Assembly: GCA_963664815.2 (NCBI GenBank)
Contig: CAXXHB010000003.1
Location: 3,232,001 to 3,296,000 of the forward strand
Reading direction: 5' to 3'
Source of the DNA: Spirochaetota bacterium
Lineage (GTDB): Bacteria > Spirochaetota > UBA4802 > UBA5550
Length of the DNA stretch: 64,000 nt
The translations under genes and the position numbers were made by a program. Position 1 is the stretch's first letter, and the number at the start of each line of letters is the position of its first letter. This document shows, piece by piece, positions 42,610-57,141 of the stretch. The notes beneath the pieces are model-generated. The model did not search any database. It saw nothing but the letters and a program-made list of their open reading frames with translations, and was not told the DNA's origin.

Positions 42610-43000
42610 TCCTTTACCTTTTGCAGATTTTTTTAATAAATATCTGTTCTTTTAAAACAATCAATGTTACAATACGATGAAAATCGTATAAACTTTTAAT
42701 AAATAATTTACAATGTTAATTTTTTAACATATGTCTATTAAAATATTTTTAATTTTTTCTTTTTATCATTGGAATAAATACAAACTTCATTTTTCATTTC
42801 AACTAACATTTGGCGTCATTTTAAAATTAACGGAACCATAATGAAAACTCAGAATTTAATAATCACCATAATAGCCAGTGCCAGGTTTTCAGCTTGTCGC
42901 TATGCATGTTGAAGGAGTACTATTATAATTGACAAATTCATCTCCTTATTTTTATCAAATAAAAACATATTGCTTATTTTCAACAGTATGGAGTAAAAAA

Positions 43001-43858
43001 ATGAAATATCTTCTGGATAATGGTGTTCTGACAGAGGTTAACGCTTTTTCAGAACTGTCAAAAGGAACTATAGTCCGCAGAGTTAGCGGCAGCAAGGATC
43101 AACAGGGTATATTTTTCGGCGAAGATGATTCCGGCGGCATTATCCTTGTAAATGTTATCAACATGCTTGATATCTCTTTTGAAACAGAAGCAGGGATACT
43201 TCGACCATCCCAAACAGATAAGCTTTACCGCTATACAACGTCTTTTGGTAATGATCGAGTCTCTGAAAATGCACGGGAAATTCTGCAATCATGGTCGCTC
43301 TACTCGAAATATCCGAAACAGCAAAAAGCAATAATGTATTTTATGGAAACAGGATACGCCCCTGAACAGATTATCGACCTGGCGAAAACAGATAACCTTA
43401 AATTTCTTTTTGTACCTGTACAGCAGCGATTTAAGATAGGTAAATTTGAGGAAAAGATCAACTGGTCCCTTGAGCGAAAACAACGCTTTGGACGACATCT
43501 TGATGGTATGAGAAAAGGGGATCACATTACCTATGTCGCATTCATTCCTCAGAAAAAAACCGAAACCCCGCTGTTTTATTCAATCGGTACAAAGCCCCAT
43601 GAAAGCACTGTCCTGAGTCTGGGTAGTGAGCCCTTCAACTTTAAACCAGACAAGGGGGGCCATATACAATGTCATGATGATACTTCAGAACAGAAAATAT
43701 TTATTGTTGATGCAGGATCTGAATATATAGGAAAAGGGCACAAAACATCGATCGACACGGCTAAGGAAATAACCAAAGCTCTAAGTTCGATATACAAGAA
43801 ATATGAGTTTATTCCCGTACAGGGACGTGGTGCTGTTAATGTAAAACAGAGCTATTGA
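43001..43858 (+). CDS. Hypothetical protein, 285 aa; C-terminal domain resembles PHPT1/Janus-Ocnus
   Basis: RBS GGAG before ATG 43001; the fold resemblance is by-eye only (see findings). Confidence 0.75.
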   Translation: MKYLLDNGVLTEVNAFSELSKGTIVRRVSGSKDQQGIFFGEDDSGGIILVNVINMLDISFETEAGILRPSQTDKLYRYTTSFGNDRVSENAREILQSWSLYSKYPKQQKAIMYFMETGYAPEQIIDLAKTDNLKFLFVPVQQRFKIGKFEEKINWSLERKQRFGRHLDGMRKGDHITYVAFIPQKKTETPLFYSIGTKPHESTVLSLGSEPFNFKPDKGGHIQCHDDTSEQKIFIVDAGSEYIGKGHKTSIDTAKEITKALSSIYKKYEFIPVQGRGAVNVKQSY

Positions 43859-44101
43859 GCAATTTATCCCATGAAAAAATATCCCAATTGAACGCAGATT
43901 CTTCTTATCTAATATGACTAGTATTAGTCGCGTTCGATATATCACAGTAAGAAATATAAAAATCGATGAACACTTTTGTTCAGATAAAATGTAATTAATT
44001 TATATAAAAATGTCATCATTACGTATATCATAAAACAGATTTTCCCTGGAACATAAAGATCATTATCTGTTTTTAGTAGATTTTACGGTTTAAAAGCAAA
44101 T

Positions 44102-44132
44102 AAAAAACCCTCTGCGCTGCAGAGGGTTTTTT
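44102..44132 (-). terminator. rRNA operon terminator directly after 23S
   Basis: AAAAAACCCTCTGC-gct-GCAGAGGGTTTTTT. Confidence 0.9.
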
Positions 44133-44140
44133 AATAATAT

Positions 44141-47145
<3,005 letters not shown>

Positions 47146-47342
47146 ATATTATTTTTTCTGCTATCGTAAACGTACGATAGCAGAATCGCTCGATCAATTT
47201 TCAACTCGATTACTATTGTATTGTTAAGTTAAATGAGACTTTCATTTTAGACTTAACCGTTTTAAAAGATCCGGGCCGGTTAAAGGCCCTATTTAAGATC
47301 AGAAAGCTTTTCTGATTTTAAGCAGGACATTTATCCGGCATT

Positions 47343-47415
47343 TGGAGGTGAACGGGATCGAACCGATGACCCTCTGCGTGCAAGGCAGATGCTCTCCCAG
47401 CTGAGCTACACCCCC
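47343..47415 (-). tRNA. tRNA-Ala(TGC), CCA not encoded
   Basis: GGGGGTGTAGCTCAGCTGGGAGAGC...TTGCA...GGTTCGATCCC...CACCTCCA. Confidence 0.97.
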
Positions 47416-47435
47416 AAGATATTTTTCATATCAAT

Positions 47436-47509
47436 TGGGCCTGAGTGGAGTCGAACCACCTACCTAACGATTATCAGTCGTTCGCTCTAACCATCTGAGC
47501 TACAGGCCC
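47436..47509 (-). tRNA. tRNA-Ile(GAT), CCA not encoded
   Basis: GGGCCTGTAGCTCAGATGGTTAGAGC...CTGATAA...GGTTCGACTCC...CAGGCCCA. Confidence 0.97.
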
Positions 47510-47600
47510 TGTTTCTTATATTTATACTAAGATAAAGGCCTTTTCAGGGTTTACTATTTCAAAACTGAGTAGTATTTTGACTGTTATTATCTATCCTTAT

Positions 47601-49148
<1,548 letters not shown>

Positions 49149-49221
49149 ATATTTATTTTCATAGAAAATCATTTTCAAAACTTAACTTCTAGCTTTCTTG
49201 TAAGCTTTACTTCTTTTGTCT

Positions 49222-49246
49222 AATACTACTCAGTTTTCAAAGAGCA
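49222..49246 (-). promoter_or_regulatory. rrn boxA antiterminator and 16S processing-stem arm
   Basis: Minus strand TGCTCTTTGAAAACTGAGTAGTATT; complementary arm near 47557-47577. Confidence 0.8.
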
Positions 49247-49382
49247 AACCCGATGGTTCTAAATGAGCAAAAAAAATCTCCAACTATACCCTCTCAGGCT
49301 CCATGGAGATTCCGACACTTTACTAATCTCTTAGTAGTTTTCAGATTCTTACTCTGGCAAGCTATTCGCTTACCGTGATTTC

Positions 49383-49547
49383 AAATTATGCAACCACCCT
49401 TTTCCCGTCAAGCTTTTTGTCAGTATTTTATAAATTTTTTGTAAAACAAAAAATTTTCTCTACCTTCTCACCTACCGGTACTCCACATCAGCAAAGTCTC
49501 CCTCACCAACAAAAATGACCATAGTTTTCTACTCACACTTCTGTCAA
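49383..49547 (-). promoter_or_regulatory. Probable tandem sigma70 rrn promoters
   Basis: TTGACG (49411-49406) with CATAAT downstream; a second TTGACA at 49547-49542 followed by an upstream A/T-rich tract. Confidence 0.55.
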
Positions 49548-49588
49548 CGTAATTTTTTTACTAACTTAATTTTTTTTAAAATAAAACG

Positions 49589-49752
49589 GAGCATCTGTTA
49601 AAAACAGATTTCAGCAGTATGAAGACCCTGTTAAAAACCGTTTCAATACCGTTTCAACTCCGTTTAAGACAGAGTAAAACGTGCGTTTATAACTGTCGGT
49701 AAGGTGGTTGAGGCGGAATTGAAGCGGAATTGACTTTTCTGTAAATAGATTC
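49589..49752 (+). ncRNA. Candidate rod-shaped structured RNA / 11-bp inverted repeat array
   Basis: CCGTTTCAATACCGTTTCAAC pairs with GTTGAGGCGGAATTGAAGCGG using G-U pairs; additional inner and outer stems. Confidence 0.4.
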
Positions 49753-49990
49753 GGACTTTATCGTAAATTTGCCGTGGCATTTATCATAAACCTGTTAATA
49801 CCCAATGTAGTGTACGTCAGTGAACAATACTTCTATCCGCAGGAAATCCCGACAATCCTGTAATTCTGTTCAGGATTACAGATATAACAGGTTTAATAAT
49901 AAACTTATATCTGAAAAATATTTTATACCTATAAAAAATTGATCTTTAATATACTGAATCAAATAATCTCTTCTCAACGATAATTATATT

Positions 49991-50025
49991 AATAAAGCCC
50001 GAACAGGTAAAAATCCGGGCTTTAT
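49991..50025 (-). terminator. Terminator-like hairpin after the ECF sigma gene
   Basis: AATAAAGCCCG...CGGGCTTTATT. Confidence 0.65.
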
Positions 50026-50057
50026 TTTAGTACATCTACTATATATCATATCACTAT

Positions 50058-50588
50058 TTAAAGAAAGTGCTTCAGCTTCTCTCTTAATTCATAAAATATT
50101 TCATTTTCGATTTTTTTTATCTTGTAAGGTGGTATATTTTCCTCCGCAGATACCTGACGTCTGGTTTTGTTCTCAATAATTCTGGAAATGAACACTTTTT
50201 TGTTTATTTCAGAATATTTTTCGAGAACGTCATTCACTGTAGATAAAATTTCACCATCAATAAAACTGTCCTCAAGGCTCGAATAAAAGTTGTCATTTAA
50301 TTCCTTTATTTCTGGAATCATTCTCTTATTTCTTCCCTCTTCTCTTGCTGATTTACGCGCATTATCAATTGCAATATTTCTGGCGGCTTTTTTTATATAA
50401 TTACGGAATTTTTCTCCGGTTATTTCACTGTTTCGTGAATTATAAATTCTTATAAAAATATCCTGAGTCAAATCTTCTGCAACATCAAAATCATGCACAA
50501 GTAAAAGAAGATACTTTAAAAGATAAATATGGTACTTATCGTAAACCTCAACAAATGCTTCATCAAATGTATTGTAAATTTTTTTCAA
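50058..50588 (-). CDS. ECF-type sigma-70 factor
   Basis: AEDLTQDIFIRIY, ARNIAIDNARK; TTG start with RBS AAGGGG. Confidence 0.85.
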   Translation of the reverse strand: MKKIYNTFDEAFVEVYDKYHIYLLKYLLLLVHDFDVAEDLTQDIFIRIYNSRNSEITGEKFRNYIKKAARNIAIDNARKSAREEGRNKRMIPEIKELNDNFYSSLEDSFIDGEILSTVNDVLEKYSEINKKVFISRIIENKTRRQVSAEENIPPYKIKKIENEIFYELREKLKHFL

Positions 50589-50845
50589 TAAAAACACCCC
50601 CTTGCTGATAAAATGACGCTTCATAGTCATTACAACGGCACAATGGAGCAATATTTAAAAAAATTTTTTTATAATTAATATTTTTTAAATATTATGCAAA
50701 TTTGATCCAAATTAAATTTCCAGGACAAACCGTCAACATTACAAAAGATGGGTTTTATGTGATTTTATGATTGAAGAAAATTCCAGCTGGTTTTCTTTAT
50801 AATATTAATATGCAGACGGCCTAATTATACTTACAGGAAATCAGA

Positions 50846-51571
50846 ATGAAAAAAATAAAAGTAATACTATATCAGAAATCTTTAGGAATACCGATTACAA
50901 AAGCTGATATTAAAGAAATGAAAGATTATTCACCTCATTTTATATGTTTTCCTGAATATTTTTTTGTAAATCAGAAGCTTGGAAATCATGGACAGAGTAT
51001 CCACAACCAGAATCTCCAGATCAGGAGAATTCAGCTGTTATCAGAAAAACTTAATACAGTAGTTATAGGTGGCACAATGCCGGAACTGGCGGACAATGTA
51101 ATGTATAATACAACTTATATTTTCCACAACGGTATTGAAGTCGGTTCATACCGGAAGAAAAATCTTTTTTTCGCTGAAGTCGGTAAAATTATTCCGGGGG
51201 ATAAACTTAAAGTTTTCAGTGCCTATGGCTTCAATTTCGGAGTGCTTATCTGTGCCGACGTTTTTCATGACGAAAGCTTTACATTCATGAAAGAACATAA
51301 TGCTAAAATTATTTTCTCTCCCACATTTTCTCTTATAAAGCAGGATGAAACTGTTGATGAAAAGTACAAAAGAGACAGGGAAATCTATGTCAGGGGAGCG
51401 GGCATTTCCAATTCTATTATCGTCAAGGTCTGCGGCGTAAGGTCGGATTATAAAACATTCCTGCAGGCACGCAGTCTGATTGCCGATAAAAATGATGTTC
51501 TCTTCAGGGTTAATCCGGAAGATGAACACACTCAAATAATTATTAAAAGTGAGATAACAATCGATGACTGA
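50846..51571 (+). CDS. Carbon-nitrogen hydrolase (nitrilase superfamily)
   Basis: E-K-C triad: FPEYF, YRKKNL, LICADVF. Confidence 0.9.
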   Translation: MKKIKVILYQKSLGIPITKADIKEMKDYSPHFICFPEYFFVNQKLGNHGQSIHNQNLQIRRIQLLSEKLNTVVIGGTMPELADNVMYNTTYIFHNGIEVGSYRKKNLFFAEVGKIIPGDKLKVFSAYGFNFGVLICADVFHDESFTFMKEHNAKIIFSPTFSLIKQDETVDEKYKRDREIYVRGAGISNSIIVKVCGVRSDYKTFLQARSLIADKNDVLFRVNPEDEHTQIIIKSEITIDD

Positions 51572-52076
51572 TACCAATTTACAATGCATGAGATGCGGCT
51601 CTTCATCAGACAACAAAAGCAGGTACTGTTGCAGGTGTGGAGCCAATTTAAACTTTCAGAGAAAGATTTCCGTCAGAAAAGTAAAGATAATCTGGAGATG
51701 GGTTCTCTTTTCACTGATAGCAATAATGATATTCGACTATATTTTCGCTTCTGCTGCCGGACAGTTATATTTACTTGTTAAAGGTACAGAGTTTACAGCG
51801 CTTGAGACCGGAGTTGTTGTGTCATCATTAGGTTCTCTTACAGGTATCTTTTGTGGAACCCTCTTCTCATCATACATGTCCCCTGGAATTTCAATAAAAG
51901 AACCTATGCTGGGTGCTGCTGTCGAAATAATTATATCACAGGTTATTTTGCTTTTCATTGCCGGCGCTTTCAGTGCTTTAATCATTGTAAGGATTACCAT
52001 CATAACAGCTATAGCCTTTTGCGGGGCAAAAGCCGGTGAGATGTTTCAGAAAAGAAATTACAAATCTGAACTATAA
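51564..52076 (+). CDS. Zinc-ribbon membrane protein (4 TM)
   Basis: CMRCG...YCCRCG followed by hydrophobic helices. Confidence 0.78.
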   Translation: MTDTNLQCMRCGSSSDNKSRYCCRCGANLNFQRKISVRKVKIIWRWVLFSLIAIMIFDYIFASAAGQLYLLVKGTEFTALETGVVVSSLGSLTGIFCGTLFSSYMSPGISIKEPMLGAAVEIIISQVILLFIAGAFSALIIVRITIITAIAFCGAKAGEMFQKRNYKSEL

Positions 52077-52303
52077 TACTGATCAGGATATTGTTACATA
52101 AAACACCTAACCGAAGTTAGTAATTGCTGTGCAGAACGCCTCAGCAATGGCGATACATTCTTTTTTGCTCTATAATAAATCAGGTTCCACTATATATAGT
52201 TTAATTATATAATAGTATAAACAAATTATAAATTTTAAATTGACATTGATGCCTTTTCTTTATCATGTACTTACGTCGGTTTATCTGTTCGGTGGGGGAA
52301 TAT

Positions 52304-54103
52304 ATGTTCTTGAGAAATTTATTTTACGGTGTACGCGGAACTGTTATTAAATCAATGACAATAATTTCGCTTCCGCCTCTATTAATAACCACTATTGTAC
52401 TTTTTCTTTTTATTAATAATTATTCAAACAGGCTAACTGAGACGTCGCTTCATAAAAGCGTAAAGTTTGCTCTACTCTTAAACGAAGTAATTAATGACGA
52501 TACAAAAATACTTGATATTTTACAACATAATGCTGTAACAGGCGGCGGTTTCTTTTTTGTAATGAATGAAAATGGCATGTATCTTTCTCATCCGCAAAAG
52601 AAGGGTGAAACAGATTCAGCCCTGCTTCAATCCATGAAAGACGAAGCTCCTTTTTTTACCTTTACATCATCCGATGGTAACAAATATCTTATATATAAAG
52701 AGTTTATTGCAGTAAAGAAATTATATATTGCAGCAGGTATAAACAAAAATGAAAGCATGATGCTCCAGAAAAGTTTCGGCGTTCTTCTTTTAATACTTAT
52801 TATCGTTGCACCGTTAATTATTCTCATGATAAGCACATTTATAGCAAAATATATAAAAAAACCGCTTAACCAGATTATTGAAACAGCATCTCTCGTAAGC
52901 CAGGGACATCTCGATAAATTCATAATTCAGAGACATTACAGAAAGTGTACATCAGTCCAGGACTGTAAAAAGACAGATTGCCCGGCTTACAAAACATCCA
53001 ACCTCGCATGCTGGGGTATTGATGATACAACCTGCTTCGACGGCATGAAGGGGCTTTCAAAGAAGGAAAAAATTGATCAATTCTGCTGCAAATGCAAAGT
53101 TTATCAGAACAGTATCCGTGGTGAATATGATGAACTTATCGAGGCCGTGAACAAAATGATTGTTACCACTCAACGCGTCGTAACATCGATAAAAGAAATA
53201 TCGGGTGATCTTGGTACAGAAGCGAAAAGTCTTTCTGTCACAAGCCAAAAGCTTGAGATTCAGATGCAAAATCAGGCAGGTTATATTGAAGAAACAACTT
53301 CATCCAATGAAGAACTTGCCGCTTCAATAGACAGTATCGCCGACGCTGCGAAAAACCAGGCAAACAGAATGAAAAACGCAAGCGAAGCTATGGAGATGCT
53401 ATCAGAATCCTCATCCGGTGTGAGCAAAAAAGCTGCCGATGTAAGTAAAAAAACCGAAATTGCCGTTGATAACGCCAATGAAACAAAATCGATACTTGAT
53501 ACAACAACATCAAAAATAAATCAGATATCTGAAAACTCACAGAAAATAGTGGAAATTGTCCAGATAATAAACGATATCTCCGATCAGATAAATCTCCTCT
53601 CACTAAACGCATCAATTGAGGCTGCACGTGCCGGAGAACATGGCAGAGGTTTTGCTATTGTCGCGCAGGAAATTTCCAAACTTGCAGATGCAACAGCGGC
53701 GAGTACAAAGGAGATAGAAACCACAATTCAGCAGACACGCTCAGACGTAAATGAGGGTGCGACACTTGTTAATACGACAAATAACGCCATTGTACAGGTT
53801 ATGAATAATATTAAAAACACCGCGCTGCTGATGAAAGAAATTGCGGTATCCTCTGAAGAGCAAAGGAAAGGAAACCAGGCTGTTCTTAATGATATTGAAA
53901 CAATAAACCAGATGTCTACAGTGATTGCCGAAACTACAGCCGAACAGAAAAATAACAGTAATGAAATACTCAAGGCTCTCTCAAATATAAATGAAACAAT
54001 CCAGATAATCACAACTTCAACTGAGTATCTTCATAAATCAGCTGAAGAACTGAAGGAAAAATCAGAGAAACTGAACGGAATAACCGATTATTTTACAGTT
54101 TAA
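52304..54103 (+). CDS. Methyl-accepting chemotaxis protein with Cache-like sensor and an 8-Cys insertion in HAMP
   Basis: [13 protein letters not shown]; [27 protein letters not shown]. Confidence 0.93.
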   Translation: MFLRNLFYGVRGTVIKSMTIISLPPLLITTIVLFLFINNYSNRLTETSLHKSVKFALLLNEVINDDTKILDILQHNAVTGGGFFFVMNENGMYLSHPQKKGETDSALLQSMKDEAPFFTFTSSDGNKYLIYKEFIAVKKLYIAAGINKNESMMLQKSFGVLLLILIIVAPLIILMISTFIAKYIKKPLNQIIETASLVSQGHLDKFIIQRHYRKCTSVQDCKKTDCPAYKTSNLACWGIDDTTCFDGMKGLSKKEKIDQFCCKCKVYQNSIRGEYDELIEAVNKMIVTTQRVVTSIKEISGDLGTEAKSLSVTSQKLEIQMQNQAGYIEETTSSNEELAASIDSIADAAKNQANRMKNASEAMEMLSESSSGVSKKAADVSKKTEIAVDNANETKSILDTTTSKINQISENSQKIVEIVQIINDISDQINLLSLNASIEAARAGEHGRGFAIVAQEISKLADATAASTKEIETTIQQTRSDVNEGATLVNTTNNAIVQVMNNIKNTALLMKEIAVSSEEQRKGNQAVLNDIETINQMSTVIAETTAEQKNNSNEILKALSNINETIQIITTSTEYLHKSAEELKEKSEKLNGITDYFTV

Positions 54104-54263
54104 ATGAAATGTAATTAAACCATATAATTATCATTAGCCGGTTGCCGGTATTTTAAAGTTCTCCCCACGTGCATTTAGAAGCTTTAATTGAATTTTTATT
54201 GATTTATTTTACCCTCTCCTGAAGCTTATCTCCATAATCTGTAAATGTTATGAGGTTCGCATT

Positions 54264-55538
54264 ATGAAAAAAATTGTAACCATAGGTCTAATCGGTTTTG
54301 GCACAATAGGTAAAGGTGTCTATAAATTAATAAGAGATAATAAAGGAACTATCGCCCTTAAATCGGGTATTGAACTTAAGATTAAAACAATCTGCGACCT
54401 GAATCTTTCTGAGATCAGCAATCTGGATTCAGAAATTTCTTGTACCAATAAATGGAACGATGTAACAGAAGATAGTGAAATTGATATAGTTGTTGAAGTA
54501 ATCGGCGGGATAAGTCCTGCCAGAGAAATTATTATTGATTCACTTCACAAGGGCAAAAATGTAGTCACTGCAAATAAAAAACTCCTTGCTGAAGATGGAG
54601 TCTCCCTTCTTGAAGCCGTTGCAGAAACAGGAAACTCCATAGGATTCGAAGCCGCTGTAGGAGGCGGTATTCCATGCATACTCTCTCTGAAAAACGGCAT
54701 GGTGGGTAATCACATTAAATCAATAGTCGGCATACTAAATGGAACTACAAACTATATCCTTACACGCATGGGAGATGAAGGGATTACATTTAACGATGCG
54801 TTGAAAGACGCCCAGAAAAGGGGGTTTGCTGAGACAGATCCCACATTTGACATTGAGGGATATGATGCCGGTCATAAAATTTCCATTCTTGCCATGCTTT
54901 CATACGGCAAATCGATAGACTTTGAGACAGTACCTGTCGAAGGAATTTCAAATATAAGCCCTTTTGATATATCATACGCCAGGGACATGGGCTATATCAT
55001 CAAACTGCTTGGAATAGCCAAGTTTAAAAACAAGACTCTTGATATAAGAGTACACCCGACAATGATTCCAAAAGACCATGCACTGGCTTCTGTGAGAAAC
55101 GAGTTCAATTCAATCATGCTTGAAGGTGATATGGCAGGCGCTATCATCCTTAACGGGAGAGGGGCGGGAAGTTTACCCACTGCGTCTGCTATAGTAAGTG
55201 ATATTGTACAACTTTCACGGAAAGATGAGTATCATGGAAAACTCTCAGGAAAAGCTGCATTGATGTCTCCTGAAGAGAGGGTTTCCAGATATTACCTGAG
55301 ACTTCAGACTGAGGACAGTCCTGGAATACTGTCGCAGATATCCGGTGTTCTCGGTAAACATGATATATCAATAGCTTCAGTAATGCAAAAAGAAGTAAAC
55401 GAAGGATATGTTCCGCTAATTATTGTTACACACGAAGCTATTGAGAGTAACATGCTTAAATGTATTGACGAGATTGGATGTTTTTCTTTTATAAAAGAAA
55501 AAGTAATTATGATTCGTGTTGAAGATTTTAAAAATTAG
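54264..55538 (+). CDS. hom: Homoserine dehydrogenase with ACT domain
   Basis: GFGTIG, VVTANK, EAAVGGGIP, LNGTTNYIL, DSPGILSQI. Confidence 0.96.
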   Translation: MKKIVTIGLIGFGTIGKGVYKLIRDNKGTIALKSGIELKIKTICDLNLSEISNLDSEISCTNKWNDVTEDSEIDIVVEVIGGISPAREIIIDSLHKGKNVVTANKKLLAEDGVSLLEAVAETGNSIGFEAAVGGGIPCILSLKNGMVGNHIKSIVGILNGTTNYILTRMGDEGITFNDALKDAQKRGFAETDPTFDIEGYDAGHKISILAMLSYGKSIDFETVPVEGISNISPFDISYARDMGYIIKLLGIAKFKNKTLDIRVHPTMIPKDHALASVRNEFNSIMLEGDMAGAIILNGRGAGSLPTASAIVSDIVQLSRKDEYHGKLSGKAALMSPEERVSRYYLRLQTEDSPGILSQISGVLGKHDISIASVMQKEVNEGYVPLIIVTHEAIESNMLKCIDEIGCFSFIKEKVIMIRVEDFKN

Positions 55539-55574
55539 TTTATTATGAATAATAACGGATAACAGTAAGTTTCA

Positions 55575-55686
55575 GTCATTTCGAAGGATCTGCTGAGTAT
55601 AATTTTTACCATAGATTAAGCGACTGAGAAATTTTTTTAAAATTTAAAATTTCTCACCCGAAAAATTGAAGCGGGTTCGAAATGTC
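55575..55686. repeat. REP-like palindromic intergenic element
   Basis: GTCATTTCGAA...TTCGAAATGTC ends; inner TGAGAAATTTT...AAAATTTCTCA stem. Confidence 0.65.
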
Positions 55687-55727
55687 ACTTATAAATGATG
55701 TTTCGTTAACAGATACAGGAGAGATTT

Positions 55728-57068
55728 ATGCAGGAATATAAAGCTGAGTTTAAATGCATCGCAGGATGCGATGAAATATACCCTCTCGATGAAATTGTTT
55801 ATAAATGCAAAAAATGCGGCAACCTCCTTGAAGTACACCATAATATGGATAAGCTTGGAGAAACTTCCGCTGAAGAATGGAAGAACCTCTTCAGCGGAAG
55901 GATCGGCACCAACAGGTGGCCCTACGGCAGCGGCGTATGGAGTAAAAAAGAATGGGTTGTGCCGCAGATAAACAATGAAAACATTGTCTCCATGTACGAA
56001 GGGAACACGAACATGTTCTGGGCTAAACGCTTCGGTGCCATGTTTGGAATGGACGATCTATGGATTAAGATGTGTGGTAACAGCCATACCGGTTCCTTTA
56101 AGGATCTTGGAATGACTGTACTTGTCTCAATGGTAAACGACATGATCAGCAGCGGTAAAAAGATAAAAGCTGTGGCATGCGCTTCAACCGGGGATACATC
56201 CGCCGCACTTGCGGCATATGCGGCTTATGCGGGAATACCGTCTATTGTCTTCCTTCCAAGGAATAAAATATCAACCGCCCAGCTTGTTCAACCGATGTCC
56301 AACAACTCTATTGTTATCTCCCTTGATACCGACTTCGACGGATGCATGAAAATTGTCCAGGAAATAACAAAGGATAACAGCATATACCTTGCGAATTCAA
56401 TGAACTCACTTCGCATAGAGGGCCAGAAAACAATATCTGTTGAGATGACACAGCAGTTTGACTGGGAAGTTCCGGATGTCGTGATTATCCCGGGCGGAAA
56501 TCTGGGTAATGTCTCTGCTCTTGGAAGCGGATTCGAAATGATGCTCCAGCTCGGGCTCATTAATAAAAAGCCGCGGCTTGTTCTTGCACAGGCTGAAAAT
56601 GCAAATCCGCTGTATTTGTCGTATCTTAAAAATTTTGAGGAATTTCAACCTGTAACTCCGAAGAAAACCCTTGCATCGGCAATACAGATCGGTGATCCCG
56701 TCTCCGTGCAGAAAGCTATTAAGACACTGAAGAACTTTGACGGTATAGTTGAGCAGGCGAGTGAAGAGGAACTCTCCGAGGCTTCCGCACTCGCCGACAG
56801 AACAGGTATGTATAGTTGCCCGCATACCGGAGTTGCACTTGCTGCATTTATTAAACTGCTGGAAAAACAGAAAATCTCAAAGAAAGACAGGGTAATTATA
56901 GTTTCTACTGCACATGGGCTTAAGTTCTCCGAATTTAAAGTAGGATACCACGAAAAAACCCTTCCGGGAATAAAATCTGTTCATGCGAATGAACCTGTTA
57001 ACGTCAAAGCCGATGCAGGCATTGTACGTGAAGTCCTGGAGAAGGAACTTGCTGTGAGATTAAGGTAA
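55728..57068 (+). CDS. thrC: Threonine synthase
   Basis: [36 protein letters not shown]; follows hom. Confidence 0.96.
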   Translation: MQEYKAEFKCIAGCDEIYPLDEIVYKCKKCGNLLEVHHNMDKLGETSAEEWKNLFSGRIGTNRWPYGSGVWSKKEWVVPQINNENIVSMYEGNTNMFWAKRFGAMFGMDDLWIKMCGNSHTGSFKDLGMTVLVSMVNDMISSGKKIKAVACASTGDTSAALAAYAAYAGIPSIVFLPRNKISTAQLVQPMSNNSIVISLDTDFDGCMKIVQEITKDNSIYLANSMNSLRIEGQKTISVEMTQQFDWEVPDVVIIPGGNLGNVSALGSGFEMMLQLGLINKKPRLVLAQAENANPLYLSYLKNFEEFQPVTPKKTLASAIQIGDPVSVQKAIKTLKNFDGIVEQASEEELSEASALADRTGMYSCPHTGVALAAFIKLLEKQKISKKDRVIIVSTAHGLKFSEFKVGYHEKTLPGIKSVHANEPVNVKADAGIVREVLEKELAVRLR

Positions 57069-57141
57069 ATTGGCAAACTGTTTATTCACCTTCATCCATC
57101 GCCGGCTCACCACATTCTCCGGAAAAGCGGGGGGTGGTATA

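Noticed and set aside
49595-49733. Repeat array as a CRISPR
   Set aside because: Units are 11 bp, contiguous and degenerate, with no unique spacers and no cas genes
50720-50760. c-di-GMP-I riboswitch-like GGACAAACC...GATGGG
   Set aside because: Lacks the GNRA loop, the GACGCAAAG junction and the second stem
52105-52150. Two hairpins upstream of the MCP gene as a riboswitch
   Set aside because: They lie upstream of the likely MCP promoter (TTGACA near 52240), so they are more likely a 3' structure of the previous gene
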